From the human T2T-CHM13v2.0 reference genome, Homo sapiens, in NCBI RefSeq assembly GCF_009914755.1, contig NC_060932.1: a stretch of DNA of 64,000 bases. The stretch is one strand, 5' to 3'. The notes under the pieces were generated by a model. That model worked only from the letters and a program-made list of their open reading frames with translations, did not search any database and was not told the origin of the DNA. Numbering within the stretch: the stretch's first letter is position 1; each line of letters starts with the position of its first letter. Made by a program: the position numbers and the translations under genes. This document shows, in pieces, positions 41,784 through 55,920 of the stretch.

Positions 41784-42265
41784 CTCAGACCAATCAGATT
41801 TCTCAGAGGAAGAACCTTAAGTTGGCTGCTGGTCAGTTATAGTACAGTACATAATACTGCACATATATAGACTCTTCAGCTGCATAGTCTTTATGGTCCT
41901 CAAGCATTTCCATGTACGTTTTCTTATTTAATGCTCATAACCATTTGGCAGTTTCAGTATCACTAAGTTACTAATGACATAAAAATAGTTTCAGGAGGAG
42001 AAGACACTTTCTAGTCAAGAAGCAATATGACTCATCAATGGGAAAACTTGGCTCAGACTCAGAGCTTCCAATTACAAGCTCATCCCAAAGGCATCTGAAG
42101 CCAGTCACTCAGCCCCTGAGTGGTTAGATGTTTCAAAATATCCATGGAGCTTCTGAAAGACTGCAAGTGGGTTTCTTGGCGGAGAATGAGCATGTGCATG
42201 CGCGCCATGAGTCACGGTGGAGGGGATCGGCAGTCTGGGCTTAGTGCTTCTTAGAAAGAGCACAG

Positions 42266-42281
42266 TCAGCAGGGGGAGCTG
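42266..42281 (+). promoter_or_regulatory. Candidate CTCF site in/next to a MER20-like hAT remnant
   Basis: TCAGCAGGGGGAGCTG vs core CCAGCAGGGGGCGCTG. Confidence 0.5.
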
Positions 42282-43989
42282 CTCAATGTTATCCGGTAGA
42301 ACCGTATTAAGCACCATGAAATGCTTAGCATCCCCTCTTCCGGGCACTGTGATAACCCAGAAGACCTCCATATTTCCAGCACCCTTAGGGGAGCTGGGGC
42401 CCACCTGGAGAGCCCTCGATGGAGACTGTCTAGAAACATCTTAATATCAGCATCAATAACTACCAGTTGTTAGGTGCTTTTGTGCCAAGTGTTTTGTATA
42501 CACTATTTCTAAGGCCTGCCGTAGTCCCACAAGGATCTATGTTTGTACATGGGTACTATGTAACAGTGATGGAATTATTCCCTAGTCTGTCTGCACATAA
42601 GGACTATGCTTTCCCACTAAGTCCTACTTATGATCTCATTCCGACCCTGCACTCAGTTTCCAAAGTCTTTTTCAATCAAAAGCTGAATCACCGGTATGCT
42701 GTTAAGTGGCAAAGTAGCCCAAGGGTCTAAATTCAAGTTTGTTTCTACATTCTTTCTTCAAGTCCCTCTCCCAGCCAAGAGGTAGAGGGTGGCTCAATGT
42801 AAACAACGCAGCCATTCCGTGTGTATTCGAATGGGACTCAGGCAGTGATGCGTGTGCATTAGAAGTTGGGTCCACCAGAAGTCGAGATGATTCTGAAGTC
42901 TCAACATCCAGGGCCTATTCAGTCCTCGATGTGAGTGGGAAGAAAGAAAGTGGAGAGGGACTTGTTGGTTCAGTTTGAAAGTGAAAGGGGTGCTGACCAA
43001 TTGACGAGGCTTGTTACGCTTTAATGGAATGAATCCGAGTCTCCATTCCTTCATGCACTCTGTAATACACATACTAAATGGTTACAGTCATCTGTCCTTG
43101 TGTGTTTCCTGAAGGTTCCAAGGTTGCATTCCTGTTCTGAACTCATGATCTCAGAATGACATCTCACAGCAGTTCTCTCACCTCCAAACCCCTCAGGCAT
43201 TAAATGATGAAAAAATGAATGTTACTAGGATATTTGACCTTCTTTCCTTCACGATTGTGAACATGAAGACACTGTCATATTTACTTTCTCATGTAGAAAA
43301 ACACCCCAAATCTGTTTGTTCTTAGAGGACAGGTGCTTTTCCACTTGCCCTTGTTTCTGGGAAGGTGTTCAGCTGTTTCTTGTCCCCTCACGCCTTGCAG
43401 TAATTTATTTGATGGATACGCTGAAGACAGCAGCTTCTTCAAATGTTACCAGTCACTGCTGACCTGTGGCAGTCTCTAAAGGGCTAACATTGCAAAAGCC
43501 CCCACAGCTCTGTGGTGTGATTTGGCAGTGGGAGATGAGCATTAAGCAGGTTCCTTCTTCTGATTAAAACCCCGAGGCCGTAGGTGGGATATAACTCTTC
43601 AAACTATAAATAAGCCCACTGATTGAGGTTTGCCTTTGGCTTTTGCAAGAGTGTTAAAGAGCTTTTTACAAGTAGCGGGAGGTCTGTGCCTCATTCGGTT
43701 TGATTGTCCTCAGTTATAAGAACTTGTAGCATGAAAGGGGAAGATTTCTAATGTATCCATGGTGAATATTGGTGAGGAAAGAAGGGAGGAGGCAAGCCAG
43801 GGAGATGTTAGGCTTCTCACCAGGGTCATGAGGTAACCCTGCCCCCAAAGCCTATTAAGAGAAACCCAAGAAAAGGTTTAACTGTCTGCCCTTCCCACCA
43901 AAACATTTCCTGAATCTTTCTGGTGATGATCAATTTTTCTTTTGAGTTTGAGAATGAGTAAACATAAACTGAAGAGAAGGACAGTTATT

Positions 43990-44190
43990 ACAACCATAAA
44001 AGCAAACAATATTGAGTGCTTACTGAGGCAGTAATGCTCTTACGTAAGCACTACTAATAGCCATATTTTGCAGATGATGAAATTGAGGCTCAGAGAGGTT
44101 AGGTGATCTGTCCAAGGTCATACAGCTGGCAAGTGGCTAAACCTGGCAAGATCTCAGACCTAATTTCTCAGTTAAAACACTGTGCTGCAC
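43990..44190 (-). mobile_element. MIR SINE
   Basis: ATTTTGCAGATGATGAAATTGAGGCTCAGAGAGGTTAGGTGATCTGTCCAAGGTCATACAGCTGGCAAGTGG. Confidence 0.85.
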
Positions 44191-47100
44191 AGCTTATCAC
44201 TTATCACTGGAACTCATTCACCAAATCTGGGGGCTGCAAAATCAGACATTAACGACAGGTCTCCATGAGCTATCAGTAAGCAAGACTTCACTTGTCACTT
44301 GAGGTCTCAAAATACTTTGAAAGGACCTCATAGCCCAAAAGACAAATCCTGTTGCCACATACTTCAATCTCACAGAAACCTAGCGAACCAAATGTTCAAA
44401 ATCCTTACCCAATGTCTGCCCTAATTATCTGACAATAGGAACAGTGATGACAAAAACAACTTTGATTTTTCTTTTAATTCCAGCCCAGCAAAGGACACTG
44501 GATATTGCTTGAAATGTTTTACAAAATTTGGTCCTAATCTAAGCCTGATTTAAGATAGCGATTGAAGGCATCATTTCTGCCTTGCATTGAAATGAGTGTT
44601 CATATAGAGACTTTCTGTTGGCAAACAGAATCTCAGCTCAGCTGCTACCAGTGTTGTGACCTTGGCAAGATTTGTACTCCTTTTACCCTTGTTTTTCTCC
44701 TTTGTTTGGTAATAATATGTATTCTGTAGAACTGTGAGGACGAAATGAGGTACTAGAGAAGAAGAGGTCAGACAGGCAGATAGTCATTTCCTTTCTTCCA
44801 TAAGTGAGGTGGTTTTCCTATTTTGACCTAATCCAGAGCCTAAAATGCTCAAGATATGATTTCTCATTCAGTGTAAAGAGCTGATAAAATACAATATGTC
44901 TCTGCTGTGTGCTTCTGAAAAGCTGTTGATTGATGAGGGATGAAGTTAGGAGAGTTTATAATGTGCCTTGATTCCGGCTTCCTCGACCCACTGCATGTGT
45001 GTATGGTGTGCCATGTGTGTCAACCAAATAGTTCTTTGAATATTTCTTTTATTCTCCCTTCTCCCTCTAACAATCTCCTTGTCAGATATACTCTACCACT
45101 CACTCTCTAATTCCACTTCATCCAGGGCTCAGCTGCTTTCTGCCCACCATCAACGTGCCCTTACGATTGCACTCAGGACCTTACAAACTTGTCTGTTAGA
45201 AGCCATCTTTCCCACAGATTGGATGGGAGAGCAGTTGGGTCTCGGCTCAGAGATAACACAACAGTGTACATCCCTGCGTGCCCGGGTGGCTGCCCACCAG
45301 GAAGATGTCAGCCATTACAGGGCTCCGAAAATGTCGTTACAAAGGCAGTGTGGGCTTGCAGTGAGGGGGCTGTACTGACCTGGAGAACAAGGTTTTATTG
45401 ACAGCATATCTTTCCAGGCCAGCTGCTCCTCTGAAATTCTCACTTATAAACTCAGAAGTTAAAAAGACATAACATTCATTAGCTCATAGATAAAAAAGTC
45501 TCCTCTGATGGCTAGAAGTCCAAGGGCCTAAGAATAACTTCTTCCTTCTCAAAGCAAGTCCCAGTGAAGGCAGCCAATGCTAAGCTCACTCAATTAGTTG
45601 ATTTGAAATTGTGCTGCAATCCAGGAGCATGACCTATGTTTGCTCTTCCAAAGGTCAGTGTCAGTAAAAGAGGGCATGTAGAAAGGGCGTTTTAAAAACA
45701 CAATGTTGCCTGTATGCTACATTCACTGTTGGATTTTGTAATAAGCATAGCTGGCTTCCTGAATGAATGCATTGCAAGTTATGAGGCCTTTTCTTGCACT
45801 GAAGCTCTTCTGGGCTATTCATTGCTTTCCCCAGTTCTCAACAAGCCAGGAAAGCAAGTTTTGTCCCCATAAGGAAGATACTGTAGAGCCGAGAAGGAAA
45901 GCCCCTGGCACAAGCCCAAACTCCAACCCCCAATTCCTGTGCCCAGAGCCTCACCTCTATAACCACCTGCCAGCTCCCCCGCCCTTTCGATATGGTTCCC
46001 AGATAATCACTCGGAACAGTGATATACAGAACCTTAAACAGCCACTGGGAAAGATTAAGTGCCCATGCTTCGCTCCAGTTGTAAATCAAGCTCCAAAGCC
46101 ATTTATTGTGAGTGTTCTATAAAGCAGTAGAAGTTATTGCCACTATCCTGCAAAATATAACGTCAGATAAGAAAGTAAAGACAGGGTAAATTTTGTTGTG
46201 AAGGTTTTAAAGTGATGTGTTGTTTTTTCTTTGCACATTCTTTCTGTTTCTCACCATTTTTCTCTTCTCTTTGCTACTATTTCTTCCCTATCTCCAATAG
46301 TCCCTGATAAGTATCTCCAGATCTAATTTCAAATATGGCTTTCCCATAAATAACAGCAGTGCCTTTCTGGATTACAGATTGTTAATGTTAATAATGCTCC
46401 CAGGCATTGAGCACCTCCCTGAGCATGTGGTTTCATTTAATCCTCAGGACAATTTATGAAGGAGATGTTGTTATTCTCATTTTAAATACAGGGTATTTAA
46501 TCTCGACAAAATCGCAAAGCTCGTTAGTGCTTTGATCTCTCTCTCCTTCTTCATGCTGCCTAATTATGTTTGGGGCCTGCTGTCAGGGATTGTGCCACTT
46601 AATCTCTGATGACTCACAATTTGTTGCAAAGTTCTTACTAAAGAATCTTCATGGCTTCCTAATAAAATTGGTTCAGTCTCTTTGCCATACATTTTGGCAC
46701 ATAAAACCTTAATCATTCAGCATTACTTTCCTTATCCAAAGGTCATCTTCCACTTGAGTCAAACAATTCTCCCCACTCTCCCCTTCTGCTCCTCCTGCAT
46801 CACAGCTCTTCCCACCTTCGCGTATACAGTTCCTCCCATTCAGTCTTCATTCTTATAATGTGGGGAAAATGGCCCTACATGAGAAGAGGCCTCAAACCCA
46901 GCGGGGAAGCTGGGACCTCAGAGGAATCATCCTGCAGGTCTTGTCTAGCTTTAAGGAGAAGTAAGAGTGAGCAGGTGAAGGGAAGGGAGTGTGAGGGAGA
47001 CTGCTTGAGACAAAAGGGCACACCATGTAAGGGTCTAGAAGAAAGAGCTTGCCAAGCTGGGGAAACCTCAGTTGATTCCAGTGAGCACAGAAAATAAGGA

Positions 47101-49474
47101 CCCACATAGTGACAGTTGAGGCTGAGGAGGTGGGCTGAGGCTGGGAATGGAGGAATTTGGGCTTTATCCTAAGGACAAATCAAGTTCTGCTCATCTTTCC
47201 AAGCTCATATTCACACAAAGGATTGGAATAGATATGAGCATGCCAGTCATTTAGGAAAGAACACAGGAGGGATCAATGCTGCCTCAGCCATGGCAAGGGA
47301 TGCTCCTCTTTACCTTACACTTTCTCGTGCTTCCTGGAAGCTCCTGGAGACAGGGAACTGTGTCTTTTCTCCTTGGTATCCATGAGTACAGTGCAGGGGG
47401 CAGTGGTGTCCTGTTGGCTGCCTGACTTGTGGGGAGAAATCTGAAACAATGAAAAGCCCAAACCAGGGAGACTCTTTCTAGACTCTTCCCAACAACAGCA
47501 TTCCTGTTGAGTTGACTGGAGTTGTGTGCAATTGAACTTGAGAATGAGGGAGGAAGAGACTAGGATGCTCCTGCCTAGCCCTTGCCTACTGATCCACAGC
47601 ATGGCCTAATGGAGAGAGAGAGCACATCGTCGAGGCAGCAGTGGGAGCAAGGGCACCACCTGGGAGTCATGGGCTCGGCAGGGGCTGTGTCCGCTATGTG
47701 ACTTGAGCTCCGGGTGCCAACTTCCTCTTCTGATAGTAAGGATGTGCAAGCAGATGACTCATCGCTTTCTCTCAACTCACAAATTTTATATTCTTTGTGT
47801 GTCATTGTGCACAAGACAGAGTTAAGAAAGGCTTCGACGTTACAGAAATCTCCACTGTTCAGGATGCTGCTTTTCCATGGAGAGCTTGGGGAAGGGAAGC
47901 TTTGTGAATGGCTTTTTTGTACTCAGTGTCCCCTTTCCCTGACAGGGTCGTGTAGATTCTGGTGAATCTCATGATTTTCCGAGGAGTTAGTCCGTCCTAT
48001 AATTTTATAGTATGCATCTTGATTAGTATATCACACCACCATGGGTAGGGTATTTCACTTTGATATTTGATCTCTAAAGTTTTCTGAAATAATACTGTAA
48101 TGCCTCATTTACTTTAAATCTTTGTAAGAGAAGAGTGCATTCCAGAAAAATTAAATTTCCAAGTCGTTGAGGTCTACATTTTAAAGGCCAGTTTTAAAAT
48201 TTTATTTTATTTAGGGCTGGTTCAAAACACACAAGCATACAAAAGAACTTAAGAACTTGAAAAAGCAAAAATAAAATAAAATAAAAATGAGGAAGCTAAC
48301 CTTGGAATGTATTCCGTACTCTCTTCCCTTGTTGAATTAATACTTTCTTCATGACGCATGGTGACTAGAGTGAATTTAAATGATTATACCCTGGGCTGTG
48401 AACCAACCATCCTGATGAAGATTCTTAGAGAATTATGAAGAGCTCTGTTCCCAGCTACATGACCCATACTGCCATGTTTTATAAGTCTTTCTAATATCTT
48501 TTTTGTTGTTGTTGTTACTTCTTTCTCCTTTTAGCTGTTAATTCAACTTGCTGTTAATGAGCCTGCTTTGAAAACTCCTCTCTTTCTAATTTCCTGTAGA
48601 TTAGGAAGCCAGAAAACTGAGCTTGTTGAATTATGTGTTATAGGTGAGAAACCATGGGGAATCCCAATAAATAAAGTAAATGATCTGTAGCCGTGCATGA
48701 ATTTTATAACATCTCATCGGTATGCTTGGAAATGTAGTTGTGCCCAATGGACCAGCAGGCAAGCATGAAGTATCTTCCACTGCAGCATCTGTTTGGGGCT
48801 GTACAAAACGGAAAACCTAGGCAGTTTTTCTTCCAAGGTTTCTCCAACCTTGGATTCATGTACTATGTCCGTCTCTGATATTTGTACTTTTCTTCTCTCT
48901 AATACTCTCCCCAAACTAACAGAAAGAGACTTGTATCTTCATTTGAACTTGAACTAAAACCCATTTTTACCAAAGTGGTGTCAGTCCTTTGTATTTTCAT
49001 TTTTAGACTTTTTGAGCTATTAAAGATAAGGCTTTGTCTTTGAGCAAGGATGTATTGGGGAGGGGGAGAGATAAAGTAACCTATCTTTCTGTTTACCTTT
49101 TAGTACCTTCCTTGTCTTCCTTCCATACTTACTCTAAGGTAGTGAAAATCCAAATAGTGTTGCCACTGGGCCCATTCCCTTTGGTGCCCTCATCTGAGCT
49201 ACCTCCTGCTTATTTTCAGGGTGGTCATCGTGATATACATGACTGTGATCCTGCCACCATGGCCACAATTTTCATATTTATACTGCTTTGGTCCCTCCAG
49301 TACCCAGATACTCACAGATAGGGACAAGGGCAGGGACATTGACAAGGGTCACCAGCTCTACAACATCATAGTGGGGGAGGGAAACATGGGTCGTACTTTC
49401 TTCCCTCAACTCTGCAGTGGTCTACATGGTTGAAGCTGTTGAATAAGTGGCACCCCTTAACCTGGTTTATTCTT

Positions 49475-49998
49475 TTTTTATATATATACTTTAAGTTCTG
49501 GGATACATGTGCAGAAAGTGCAGGTTTGTTACATAGGTATATATGTGTCATGGTGGTTTGCTGCACCCATCAACCCATCATCTACATTAGGTATTTCTCC
49601 TAATGCTATCCCTCCCCTAGCCCCCAACTCCCCAATAGGCCCGGGTGTGTGATGGTCCCCTCCCTGTGTCCATGTGTTCTCATTGTTCAACTCCCACTTA
49701 TGGATGAGAACATGTGTGTTTGGTTTTCTGTTCCTATGTTAGTTTGCTAAGAATGATGGTTTCCAGCTTCATTCATGTCCCTCCAAAGGGCATGAACTCA
49801 TCCTTTTTTATGGCTGCATAGTATTCTATGGTGTATATGTGTCACGTTTTCTTTATCCAGTCTATCCGTTTGACCCAGCAATCCCATTATTGGGTATATA
49901 CCCAAAGGATTATAAATCATTCTACTACAAAGCCATATGCACACGTATGTTTATTGCAGCACTATTCACATTAGCAAAAACTTGGAACCAACCCAAAC
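49475..49998 (-). mobile_element. 5'-inverted (twin-primed) L1PA7/8-like insertion
   Basis: Minus-strand 3' end at 49475-49866, plus-strand inverted piece at 49868-49997, perfect 15-bp TSD ACCTGGTTTATTCTT (49460-49474 / 49999-50013). Confidence 0.92.
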
Positions 49999-50494
49999 AC
50001 CTGGTTTATTCTTAACCCGAGGATACTGACCTTTGCTCTACAATTGGCTACTGCGAATACATGAATCTGTTGAAATGTAGACACGTGCATTTGGTGGAAG
50101 AGGAGATACCCAGCTTCTATCAGATTCTTAAGAGCTTCACAACCCGAAGAAGTTTAAGAATCACCATATTATATTCTCTTTCTACTTGTTAACTCAAGAG
50201 TATAATTCTGTGGCATACTGGGGAGGCAAATATCCTATTGGGATAGTATTACAGAATGACCTTCAAATGAATTGATTGCTGTATCCTAACTATGAAGTGT
50301 TGCATGATTGTAAGACTAAGCATTCTCATAGAAGAAAATAATGAAAATAAAGGAAGTGTAAGGACATTAAAAATTATCTCATCACTTAGATGGAACCACA
50401 GTTTACACTGAGAATTAAGATATATTTTGCTCTCTCACACATACACATACAATTGAGCATCCACTGTGTATAGCTTTCTGAATCTAGATGGGAC

Positions 50495-50750
50495 AGCACT
50501 GTGATGAGAGCTCAGGTGCCTGTGGCTAGATTATCTGGGTGTGAGTCAGGGCTCCATCACTTTCCCATTGCTTGAGCCTAGACAAGTTAATTTAAACACT
50601 CTGTGCCTCAATTTTCTCACCTATAAAATAAAGATAATAGTATCTACCTCTAAGGGTTGTATTGAGAATTAAAGGAGCTAATACAAGTAAAAGTCCATAA
50701 AAATGTTTGGCCCCTTATTAGCACTCAATAAAGGTCAACTATTTTTATTA
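50495..50750 (+). mobile_element. MIR SINE
   Basis: ACAAGTTAATTTAAACACTCTGTGCCTCAATTTTCTCACCTATAAAAT..GGGTTGTATTGAGAATTAAA..GCACTCAATAAA. Confidence 0.8.
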
Positions 50751-50808
50751 TTCTGATTTTTTTTCACTTAAAATTATATTGTGGTCACTTCATTAGGTTA
50801 CTAAATGT

Positions 50809-51113
50809 TGTCTTAGTTCACTTGTGTGCTACTATAACAAAATACCTGGGGCTTGGTAATTTATAAACAACAGAAATTTATTTCTCAGAGTTCTGGAGCC
50901 TGGGAAGCCTAAGATCAAGGGGCTGACAAGTTACGTTGTCTGGTGAGGGTTATTCTCTGCTTCCAAGATGGTGTCCTGTTGCTGCTGCTTCCAGAGGGCA
51001 GGAATGTTGTGTCCTCACATGGCAGAAAGCAGATAGGCAAGTGAGTCAAATGCTGGGGGAAGCCACTTTTACAATGACCTTACTCCCTTTCCTGAGGGGA
51101 GGAGTCCTCATGA
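50809..51113 (-). mobile_element. MSTC/MSTD-like MaLR LTR fragment
   Basis: TGTCTTAGTTC..CTATAACAAAATACC..CAGAAATTTATTTCTCAGAGTTCTGGAG..TCTGCTTCCAAGATGGTG..GTGTCCTCACATGGCAGAA. Confidence 0.75.
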
Positions 51114-52507
51114 TAGTTTAAAATTCAATCCTGGGCATTAGGCTATTTCCAATTTTTCACCAATATAAATGTCTTTATATATGGATATTCTCCCACATCT
51201 TCAATTTTTATCCCCTAGGATTAATTCCAAGAAGTGGAATTAATGAGCAATAAAAATGTTCAGGGCTCTTGGTCCATGCAGTTTTCCAGAAATGTTGTTC
51301 CATCTCTATTTCCACCAGCAGTCTATGAGAGCACCCATTTCTCCTTAGCACCGCTGTTGGTCTGAACAAGTATTACTTTTTTCTTCACTTCTCCACTTTC
51401 TCTTCTGGTTTAGAAGTTATCTATTTCTATATTTTACATGTTATTTCCAAAATGTTAATATAGATGCTTAGCAGTATATTTTGCTTAAAATGTCCAAAAT
51501 CAATTTCTCTGTTCTCATCCCGAATAAAAATGCTTCAGCTTGACTCTGAACTCTCCTATCTTTAAAAATCACTGCCTGCTGTCTATTGTTACCATTGTAT
51601 CATGTATTCAACACCATGGTTACTATTATTGTTTGTTATTACTTGCAATGAAAGCCTGTGCAAATTTATCAAGGTGTTTTACCTGTGTCTTTGCTCACTA
51701 TGAAGCCTTGCACCCGACTCCCCTTTGTGGGTTCATTTCCCTTCCTACTGAAGTAAGGGACTGTAGCTAGTAAACTCTCTTAACAACCTGTGTATGCTTG
51801 AAAATGTCATTTCTCCTTTTTGCTTAAATTATGTCAGCGTGTATTTAGTTATAAATTAAAATTATTTTCCTTGAACTCTCTGAAGATGTTAATTAATTGC
51901 ATTCTGTTTGCTTTAGAAAGCGTGTTGTCAGTCTAATTGCTGTTTCTTCATAGTAATCTGGTTTTTCTCTCTAGTGGCTTTAACTTTTTCACTTGTTTGT
52001 GGTGTTCTGTAGTTGTGTTAAGATGTTTTTGATATCATTGTTTTTTAATCCTGCCTGACACTTGATATGCTGTTTCACTCATTTTATGTATTCTTTCAAC
52101 AAATACTTATTGAACATATACTGCATGCCAGATGTTTCCTAGATACCAGGAATACAGAGCTGAACAAGGGAGAAGTTCTGTTTTCAAGGACCTGAAGTAC
52201 TCTTGGAAGAGTTTATAGTCATATGCTCAGATTTTCAATCTCAGGACTCATGCATTTCTGTAGTTCTAGAAAATTATCTTTTATCTCTTTATTGCCTCCC
52301 TTTTATTATTTCTATCTTCATATGAAATTCCCATTTGTCTGTTGCCAGAACTTCTCATTCTATTTTCAAGACTTTTAATTTTTCTTTCATATTTTCTAAG
52401 TTTTTGTCTTCCAGTACAGCATTTGGGAAAACCTCTTCATCTCCTCTTCATTCTCTCCCAGTTCTGTACTCCAGTTCCCTAATTTTCTTTTAAGCCATAT
52501 CTGGTCC

Positions 52508-52651
52508 TTTTTGTTTGTTTGTTTGTTTTAAGAGATGATGGGGGTCTTGTTATGTTGCTGAGGCTGGTCTTGAAGCCCTGGGCTCTGAAGAGCCTTCTGC
52601 TTTGGCCTCCTAAAGAGCTGGAATTACAGGCATGAGTACCTGTACCTGACC
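52508..52651 (-). mobile_element. Alu left monomer (FLAM-like) with (TTTG)n tail
   Basis: GGGGTCTTGTTATGTTGCTGAGGCTGGTCTTGAA..GGCCTCCTAAAG..GGAATTACAGGCATGAG. Confidence 0.8.
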
Positions 52652-54250
52652 TAAGTCTCATCTGTTTTTAATTCAGTGTCTATAGTTTTTATTCTTATAA
52701 TTTCTATTTGAATATTTTAATACTATTTTTCATAATGCTTTATTTTTATCTAAAATATTCTATTTTTTATCTTTGAATATTTTAAACATACATATTTTAA
52801 ATTTTCTTCCAGATTATTCAATTAGCTATAGTCCTGGATGTAATTTCTCTACCTCTTTTGGTTGTTGACTCTACCATGGCATTTAATTTTGTCATGTTGT
52901 TTGTGGTTTTTGTCATAAGCTCATTGTGGTGGGAATGATCTTCTACAGAGTCTCTAAGTGAGTCCTCTGCTGTTAGAGCAGCCCTATTACCTTTCTGTGG
53001 CCTCACTAATTCTGTACCCATTTTTATATTGCTTCCTTATGCAAGGATTTCTATACCAGATATTGGGTATTGCACCAATTAGGGAAGGTTAAGGATTAAT
53101 TTTTGGTTTTGGCTCATTATTTCCCCCCATGGACCTAGATGAAAGCCCCATTCTGTGTCATGCCCAAAGACAGGAAGTCAATGTTCTCTTCACTCCTGTT
53201 ACAACTAGGATTCCTCACTTCCAGCTCCTCATTTTATGTGGGGAGACCAGTTTTAGTTTCAGTCCCAAGGCCTTGACTTCCATCTCATCACTATGGAAGT
53301 GTTAAAGCCCTAACTCCTGAGAGGTAGATCTGGTTAATTTGCTCCATAAGGCTTCAAGACCCTCATTCCTCTGATGAGTCCTGCTTATTTGTGACTCCTG
53401 GAGATTTCTTAGTTTTGACTCCAATTAACACTTTTAAATGTATATTTATTCCACATTTCTGTTTGATTGGGGAAAGGTTAATGCTTTATGGCATTAGCTT
53501 ATGCTGCCACCTTAAGCAGGATTTCTAATATAGAAAAATAAATGTATTTTTGCATATTTACCTTATATTTATTCACCTTTTTTCTTTCATTTTCTTGAGT
53601 CTCAAACATACAATCATATCATCTGAAAGGTTGATAAATTTGTTCTCTATCTTAATAAAAAAGTTATGCCTTTAATTATTTTTGCATATGGTCTGTCATA
53701 AGCTGATAACAGTGTGTCAAATTCTTCTAATGTAACTGCATTTTTATCAATTTCTCGGTAGGTTTGCTTCCTTAAGTACTATACTCTTCTTTATGTATCC
53801 AGCATTTATTATAGTTTCTATCCATATAAAATTATGCCATTTATCCTTCTAATGATTCTGACTTATCAGATATTAACATTCTGTCTCTACATACAGCTCT
53901 TTTTTGTAGAGTTATCTGCTCTGCCTTTGATCACCTTGTTTCAAGCTTTTCTGTATTTTGTTTTATACACATTTTTATAAGTTATAATTGTTGTGGATGA
54001 TGTTACTGTTTAAAGATTTTTTCTTTTTGCTATTTATGTGCTTTTTGTTTGTTCATTTTTGCTGTATACATTTTATTTTTATTTGCTATTTTTCTGGCAA
54101 TATTCTAAAAGATAAGTTTGTTAAAAAAAAAAGATAAGCTTTGTGCTTTCAATGACAATACTGGTTAACTTAGATTTTTCAAAGACAATCCTAGATCTGT
54201 ACTAAATTAACTCTTACAGTAAATACAAAATTAGTAGTTTTAAAACCATT

Positions 54251-54607
54251 TGAATTAGTTCATTTGGGTTTCTATTACAAAATACCATAAACTAGCATCT
54301 AAACAACAGAAATGTATTTCTCACAGTTCTGGAGGCTGGGAAGTCCAAGATCAAGGTACTAACAGATTCAGTGTCTGGCGAGGGCCTGTCTCCTGGTTCA
54401 TAGATGGTACCTTCTAACTGTGTCCTCACATGGTAGTAGGAGAAAACAAGTTCTCTAGGGCCTCTTTTATAAGGGCACTGATTGCTCTAGAGCCCTCATG
54501 AGCTAATCTTTTTCCAAAGGCTCCACCTTCTAATTCCATCACCTTGGGGGTTAGAATTTGAACTTTTGAATTTGGGGGTTGGGGAACACAAACCTCAGAC
54601 CATCTCT
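54251..54607 (-). mobile_element. MLT1A-like MaLR solo LTR
   Basis: CAGAAATGTATTTCTCACAGTTCTGGAGGCTGGGAAGTCCAAGATCAAGG..CCTCTTTTATAAGGGCACT..CATCACCTTGGGGGTTAG. Confidence 0.85.
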
Positions 54608-55589
54608 TGTGGAAGATAAGAAGTATGATACTGTTTCCCTTTATACTAGTTTTTCCTTTACTTACTCTGTGTTATGGATGCCATCATTTGTTTTCTATTA
54701 ACTTAAAAATAAAAGTGATCTTTTCATTCACTTAAAAAAAACTATTGTAATCAATTTTATAACCATTTAAAACATGCTTAAAACAAACATTTAAACCCAT
54801 CTCTGCAACTTATTCATTTTTCTGCTCAATGTCTGTTTTTCCACCAAGATTTTCCCATTCTGGAAATGTTTGATGTGTTTTTCATTGTCCCAGTGTAGAT
54901 TTTTCAGTGGCTTATTCAGGGGCTTGCCTTGGCAGGAGAATTCTGCATGCTTCAGTAGCTGAGGACCTGCTTGTGTTGTTTTCCCATGTGAAGGGTGAGC
55001 TGATGGGGCACAGGCTCTCAGGCTTTATCCACAGAAGTTCTGCGGTGGTTTGCTAGCTTGCCTCCCAGCACTTTCACTTGCTGAGGAGTCTGAGAACAAC
55101 CTGATTTTGATGTGGATTTTTTTTTCTGGGTGATCTGATTTTTTTTTCTTCTGGATGCCTATAAGATTCTCTCCTATTCTTCTTCTTCCTCTTTTTTCTT
55201 TTCAGATCCTGAAAAATTCCCACTGCATATGCGTGGGAATGGTTGTTATTCTGACATTTTGTTTTCTTGGAACATAATGCAAACTCTACATTCTCTACCT
55301 AGAGCATTTCTTTGTTTCAGCCAACATTTCCCATATTGCTTCGGCTGATGACTCTCTTGTTACTCTTGTTCAGCAGTAGTGCTATACAGGTCTATGCAGT
55401 TCCTCCTACCAGGGTGACCCTCTTCACATCAGCTTCTTAAAGTTCCAGAGATGTCATATCCTCTGGGATTATTTAAAAAATGATAAATTAGTAAATTTTA
55501 TTTTATTTTCAAATATTTTCTCTTGTTTCTTATAAGAAATCTACTTTAGAGGGAGATATATCTTCAATCTTCTCTCCTTCAAGTTTTTG

Positions 55590-55920
55590 CTCTGCTGTCA
55601 TATTCTCAGTGAGACTTACCTTGACCACTCAAGTTAGCATTGCAATCCCTCTTCCTACTTGTACTCCAGATTCCCCTGATGCTATTTTTTCTTTTCCATA
55701 CATCTATCAGTTTCTAAAACATTGTATATTTAGTAGTTTGTTTAACCTATTTTTTTATGGTTGTCTTTCTTTCACCTGTACCCTAGCTCCACTAGAATAT
55801 AAATTCCCAGAAGGAGAATAGAGATCTTTGTATGTTCTGTTCCCTGATATAACCAAGTACCCTAAACATCCCCTGGCACAGAGTAGGTGCTCATTAAATA
55901 TGTATTGGATGAATGACTAA
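55590..55920 (+). mobile_element. L2 3' end
   Basis: CCACTAGAATATAAATTCC..CCTGGCACAGAGTAGGTGCTCATTAAATATGTATTGGATGAATGA. Confidence 0.8.
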
